Assembly (NCBI GenBank): GCA_965279515.1
Contig: CBDIID010000003.1
Coordinates: forward strand, 128,001-192,000
Source of the DNA: Turneriella sp.
GTDB lineage: Bacteria; Spirochaetota; Leptospiria; Turneriellales; Turneriellaceae
DNA: 64,000 nt
Reading direction: 5' to 3'
Part shown: one piece after another, positions 60,944 to 64,000 of the stretch
Layout of the letters: each line of letters begins with the position of its first letter
How positions within the stretch are numbered: the stretch's first letter is position 1
The notes under the pieces: generated by a model
Databases searched by the model: none
What the model saw: the letters and a program-made list of their open reading frames with translations, nothing else
What the model was told of the DNA's origin: nothing
Program-made: the position numbers and the translations under genes

Positions 60944-61144
60944 ATGAAAGATATACGGAAAATGTATATCTATATCCCCGTGACCCTACTGCTGTTCATC
61001 CTGACGCTTGTATCGCTCATTACACAGTCGGGCGGAAAAGACCCGATACTGGCAAAAAATCTCAGCGTGAAGAACATCCGCGCGAACCCGACTTCTTTTC
61101 GCGCGGTTTATATGCCGCGTATTCTGTCAGGCGGAGGCAAATAA
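60944..61144 (+). CDS. Small membrane protein of the DUF4178 cluster
   Basis: TM plus IRANPTSFR...GGGK. Confidence 0.7.
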   Translation: MKDIRKMYIYIPVTLLLFILTLVSLITQSGGKDPILAKNLSVKNIRANPTSFRAVYMPRILSGGGK

Positions 61145-61183
61145 CTTGCGCACTATATTAATCACATCAACAAAGAGGTATGT

Positions 61184-61486
61184 ATGAAAAAAATCCTGTT
61201 CTATCTTCTGCTGGCGGCCATTGTCGCTTCGGGGGCCATCTATGCCAACGGGGATCTTCCGCGCATGAAGGCGCCTTTGCTCGACCTCGAGCATATTCTC
61301 GCCGTGCTGATATATTCAGTCATGGGCATCATTATCATGGTGCTGGCGTTTGTGATCATCGACTGGATTCACCCGCGCGACATCTGGGGTGAGATCGCTG
61401 ATAAACAAAACACGGCGATGGCGATTATGTTCGGCTGCATGATGCTGGGGATTGCCATCATCATCGCCGCATCGGTCGTGGGTTGA
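61184..61486 (+). CDS. DUF350 family membrane protein
   Basis: IDWIHPRDIWGEIADKQNTAMAI. Confidence 0.85.
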   Translation: MKKILFYLLLAAIVASGAIYANGDLPRMKAPLLDLEHILAVLIYSVMGIIIMVLAFVIIDWIHPRDIWGEIADKQNTAMAIMFGCMMLGIAIIIAASVVG

Positions 61487-61524
61487 TGGCATTCGCCGCG
61501 CTCTTCTGGCGCGGCGCTTAAACC

Positions 61525-63519
61525 GTGCGTAAATGGATTTTACGCGTTGCTCTCGCTCTGTTGCTGCTGCTCATCTGCAGCGCGGCAGGGTTTATCTATT
61601 TCATCCGTAAGAACTATTCTCCCGAAAAAGTAAAAAAAGAACTCGAGATGGCGATCCGGCAAAAGACCGGTCTCGACATGTCGATTGGTTCGCTGGAATT
61701 CACCTGGACCGGGGATATCAAACTCAGGCAAATCTGCATTCGTAACCCGCTGATGAAAAGCGATCGCTGCCTCATCGCGGCGAATATCACACATCTCGAT
61801 CTGCGTGTGCTGCCGCTTCTAAAAAAACGCATCGAGATCCGGGCGGCGGTGCTCGACGACATGGCACTCAATCTCTTCGTGCTCGAAGAAAAGGCAGCAA
61901 ACGGAAAAAAGACCCTGCTGAAGAGTTGGGAGATCCCCCTGCGCGACGACGCTATCAAAACAGAATCGGGCGCCGTCGCCGAGATGCGGCTCGACGCGCT
62001 CAAGGTCGGGCATGGTGATATCAATCACGAGTATGCGGTTCTGCCCTTGCCGCTGGGGAAAAATCAATTCTCACTTGCGTTCAGCGAAGGCGAAGAGAAG
62101 TCGGTGCGTCTCGATCTTGAATATGCGAACGGTGGCTTTACCGGGTTCAAGCTCAAGGTCGGTTCGCAAAACCTGCTCTCGAGCGTGAAACGCCTGGTGC
62201 GTGAGGGGCAGGCTTTGGATACCGACACGGTTTCCGGCGAATTTGAATGCAAGCGTTGTAATGCGGGCGCATTTGACCGGCGATTGGGGCATGTGACCGG
62301 GAAGTTTGATCTTACCGGAGCGAAGAACAGGATCAGCCTCGAAACAAAAAATACCGAACTTAATGTATTGAGTCCTGTCACGGGCAATTTTAATACGTCG
62401 GCAAAATTTACTGTGACGCTGCCGGCCATGTCGGTGCAGGAAGCTGCGGGCAGTTTATCGACAACCGGGCTTTCCGCAACTTTTCAGAATTTTTCGGTGG
62501 ATACACTCTCGGGCGCCAAGGGTGATTTTGACGCCACCGTAGATTTCGCAGCGGCGCGCGCGCTGCTCAAATTGCCGGCAAATATGACAGGTGTTGCGCA
62601 TGCACATGGCCGCCTCGAAAAAGGCATTGCCTCAGGTGCGCTGCGCGTCAAAAATTTCAGCCTGGCCGCGACGCCGGGGATGGTCGTCGCGTCTCCGGAT
62701 TTTTCGGCGGGCTTTATCGATTCCCGGCTGAGTTTAACGAATCAGCCGTTCAAGCTCAATGAACATAGTCTTTTGGTAACTGGTACGGTATTGCCAGGTG
62801 ATATTTCTTTGCGCATTTCGGCAGATGTTTTGCAATATCAAAAATGGCGTGTGGAAAAATTCACGGGTAATCTGAGGCGAACCGCAAATCAGCTGGAGAT
62901 CCGCGATGCGGCGATGATCTTTGCGCGGGGCCGCCTGACGGCGAATTACCTGCGCAAAGCCGATAGCAAGGCCCAAAACCTGCGCCTCACCGCTGCGGGC
63001 CTTAAAGGCCAGGATCTAAGCAATATCTTTGGCCTCAAGGCGACGGTCTTTGGCGACGTGGGTGCAGAAGCGACGATGAATTTCAGCGGTGATACGGCCG
63101 ATGAAATGCGGCGCAGCCTCTCGGGCAACACCACACTCAAGATCGGCCGCGGCAAAATCAAGGACAGCTTTTTCCAGAAGGGCATGCTGGGCGGACCGCT
63201 GCACAAACTCGAGGAAAAGTTTTCGGACATTGAGTTCGCTTCGCTCACCGCAGAAGTGTCATTTCAGAATGGCCGCTGGAGTGCGCGCCGTGTCTTCTTT
63301 GACGCCGAGGAATGGAATCTGACCTTGCGGGCCGAGGCCGACGCCGAAAACCTGGGCAAGGCCGCACTCGATTTCCGTTTCAGGCAAAGTTTTGTCGAGA
63401 ACGTCGCGAATCCCCTGCACCTGGGCATTGAGGGCCGCAAGGAAGGCGAGTTCTACGAGTTACCCTTCGCCTGCCGCGGCAATGTTTTGTCGGGTGCTTG
63501 TTATAAACAAAACTGGTAG
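61525..63519 (+). CDS. AsmA family protein
   Basis: N-terminal TM; LDLRVLPLLKKRIEI; SLSGN...GKIKD C-terminal region. Confidence 0.8.
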   Translation: MRKWILRVALALLLLLICSAAGFIYFIRKNYSPEKVKKELEMAIRQKTGLDMSIGSLEFTWTGDIKLRQICIRNPLMKSDRCLIAANITHLDLRVLPLLKKRIEIRAAVLDDMALNLFVLEEKAANGKKTLLKSWEIPLRDDAIKTESGAVAEMRLDALKVGHGDINHEYAVLPLPLGKNQFSLAFSEGEEKSVRLDLEYANGGFTGFKLKVGSQNLLSSVKRLVREGQALDTDTVSGEFECKRCNAGAFDRRLGHVTGKFDLTGAKNRISLETKNTELNVLSPVTGNFNTSAKFTVTLPAMSVQEAAGSLSTTGLSATFQNFSVDTLSGAKGDFDATVDFAAARALLKLPANMTGVAHAHGRLEKGIASGALRVKNFSLAATPGMVVASPDFSAGFIDSRLSLTNQPFKLNEHSLLVTGTVLPGDISLRISADVLQYQKWRVEKFTGNLRRTANQLEIRDAAMIFARGRLTANYLRKADSKAQNLRLTAAGLKGQDLSNIFGLKATVFGDVGAEATMNFSGDTADEMRRSLSGNTTLKIGRGKIKDSFFQKGMLGGPLHKLEEKFSDIEFASLTAEVSFQNGRWSARRVFFDAEEWNLTLRAEADAENLGKAALDFRFRQSFVENVANPLHLGIEGRKEGEFYELPFACRGNVLSGACYKQNW

Positions 63520-63653
63520 GCTGAAAAAGCGCAAAGGCCGCAGAGCTACGCAAAGGTATCGCGCGGAAGATCTTACTTTGCGGAACTTAGCGTACTTTGC
63601 GTTGTCATTCCGCATGTTACAGGTTGAAATAGATTTTACGTTTATCTGCTAAA

Positions 63654-64000
63654 TCACTTCTGCGTTTCGGCAAAACTCAGTTTGCGCAGCGAGGGAATAA
63701 AAAAGGCAATCGTCAATACGACCAGAATTGTCATCGATCCGCCGAAGACGACGGAGGGCACAAGGCCCATAAACTTCGCTGTCAACCCGCTTTCAAACGC
63801 GCCGATTTCATTCGATGAGGCGATGAAGATCGAATTCACCGCAGCGACGCGCCCGCGCATCGGGTCGGGCGTATGCGTCTGCATGATGGTCGAGCGCATG
63901 ACAACGCTGATATTGTCGACGGCACCCGAAAGCGCCAGGATCACTATCGCCGCAGAGAAATCTTTATTGATGCCAAAAGCAATCATGAGCAGGCCAAAGG
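63654..64000 (-). CDS. MFS transporter (3' part, truncated by window)
   Basis: DNISVVMRSTIMQ...MRGRVAAVNSIF...SNEIGAFESG. Confidence 0.88.
   Translation of the reverse strand, partial: FGLLMIAFGINKDFSAAIVILALSGAVDNISVVMRSTIMQTHTPDPMRGRVAAVNSIFIASSNEIGAFESGLTAKFMGLVPSVVFGGSMTILVVLTIAFFIPSLRKLSFAETQK

Noticed and set aside
42844..63652. Long antisense or alternative-frame ORFs over backbone genes (e.g. 46952-47641, 56343-57056, 59999-60580)
   Set aside because: Shadow ORFs of GC-rich recognised genes, with no motifs.

Overview
Bases 1-42,675 are a large integron-like gene-cassette array that continues off the left edge. It has 41 long attC-like sites (194-225 bp, one partial) separating 41 mostly single-gene cassettes. 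Cargo includes toxin-antitoxin pairs, three HEPN proteins, an HNH-DGQH protein, immunity-like proteins, lipoproteins and ORF-less cassettes. Duplicated cassettes show the array reads on the - strand from an attI-like end at ~42,675, and no integrase gene is adjacent or in the window. Three unusual layers sit on top of the array. (i) Three copies and one end-scar of an IS481-like element each lie exactly 19 nt from an attC crossover, in the same orientation. (ii) Cassette-specific terminal inverted repeats of ~16-22 bp carry a conserved mismatch at position 11. (iii) All reverse-oriented cassettes have paired hairpins with ANGGAN-type (CsrA-site-like) loops at both ends. Bases 42,812-64,000 are ordinary chromosome: mlaE/F/D/D, a Tim44-like protein, a CDF transporter, TetR, phosphoglucomutase, vapBC, leuA, tRNA-Val, a DUF4178/DUF350 cluster, AsmA and an MFS transporter. 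The host looks like a Leptospiraceae spirochaete (inference only). All family calls are by eye, with no database searches.
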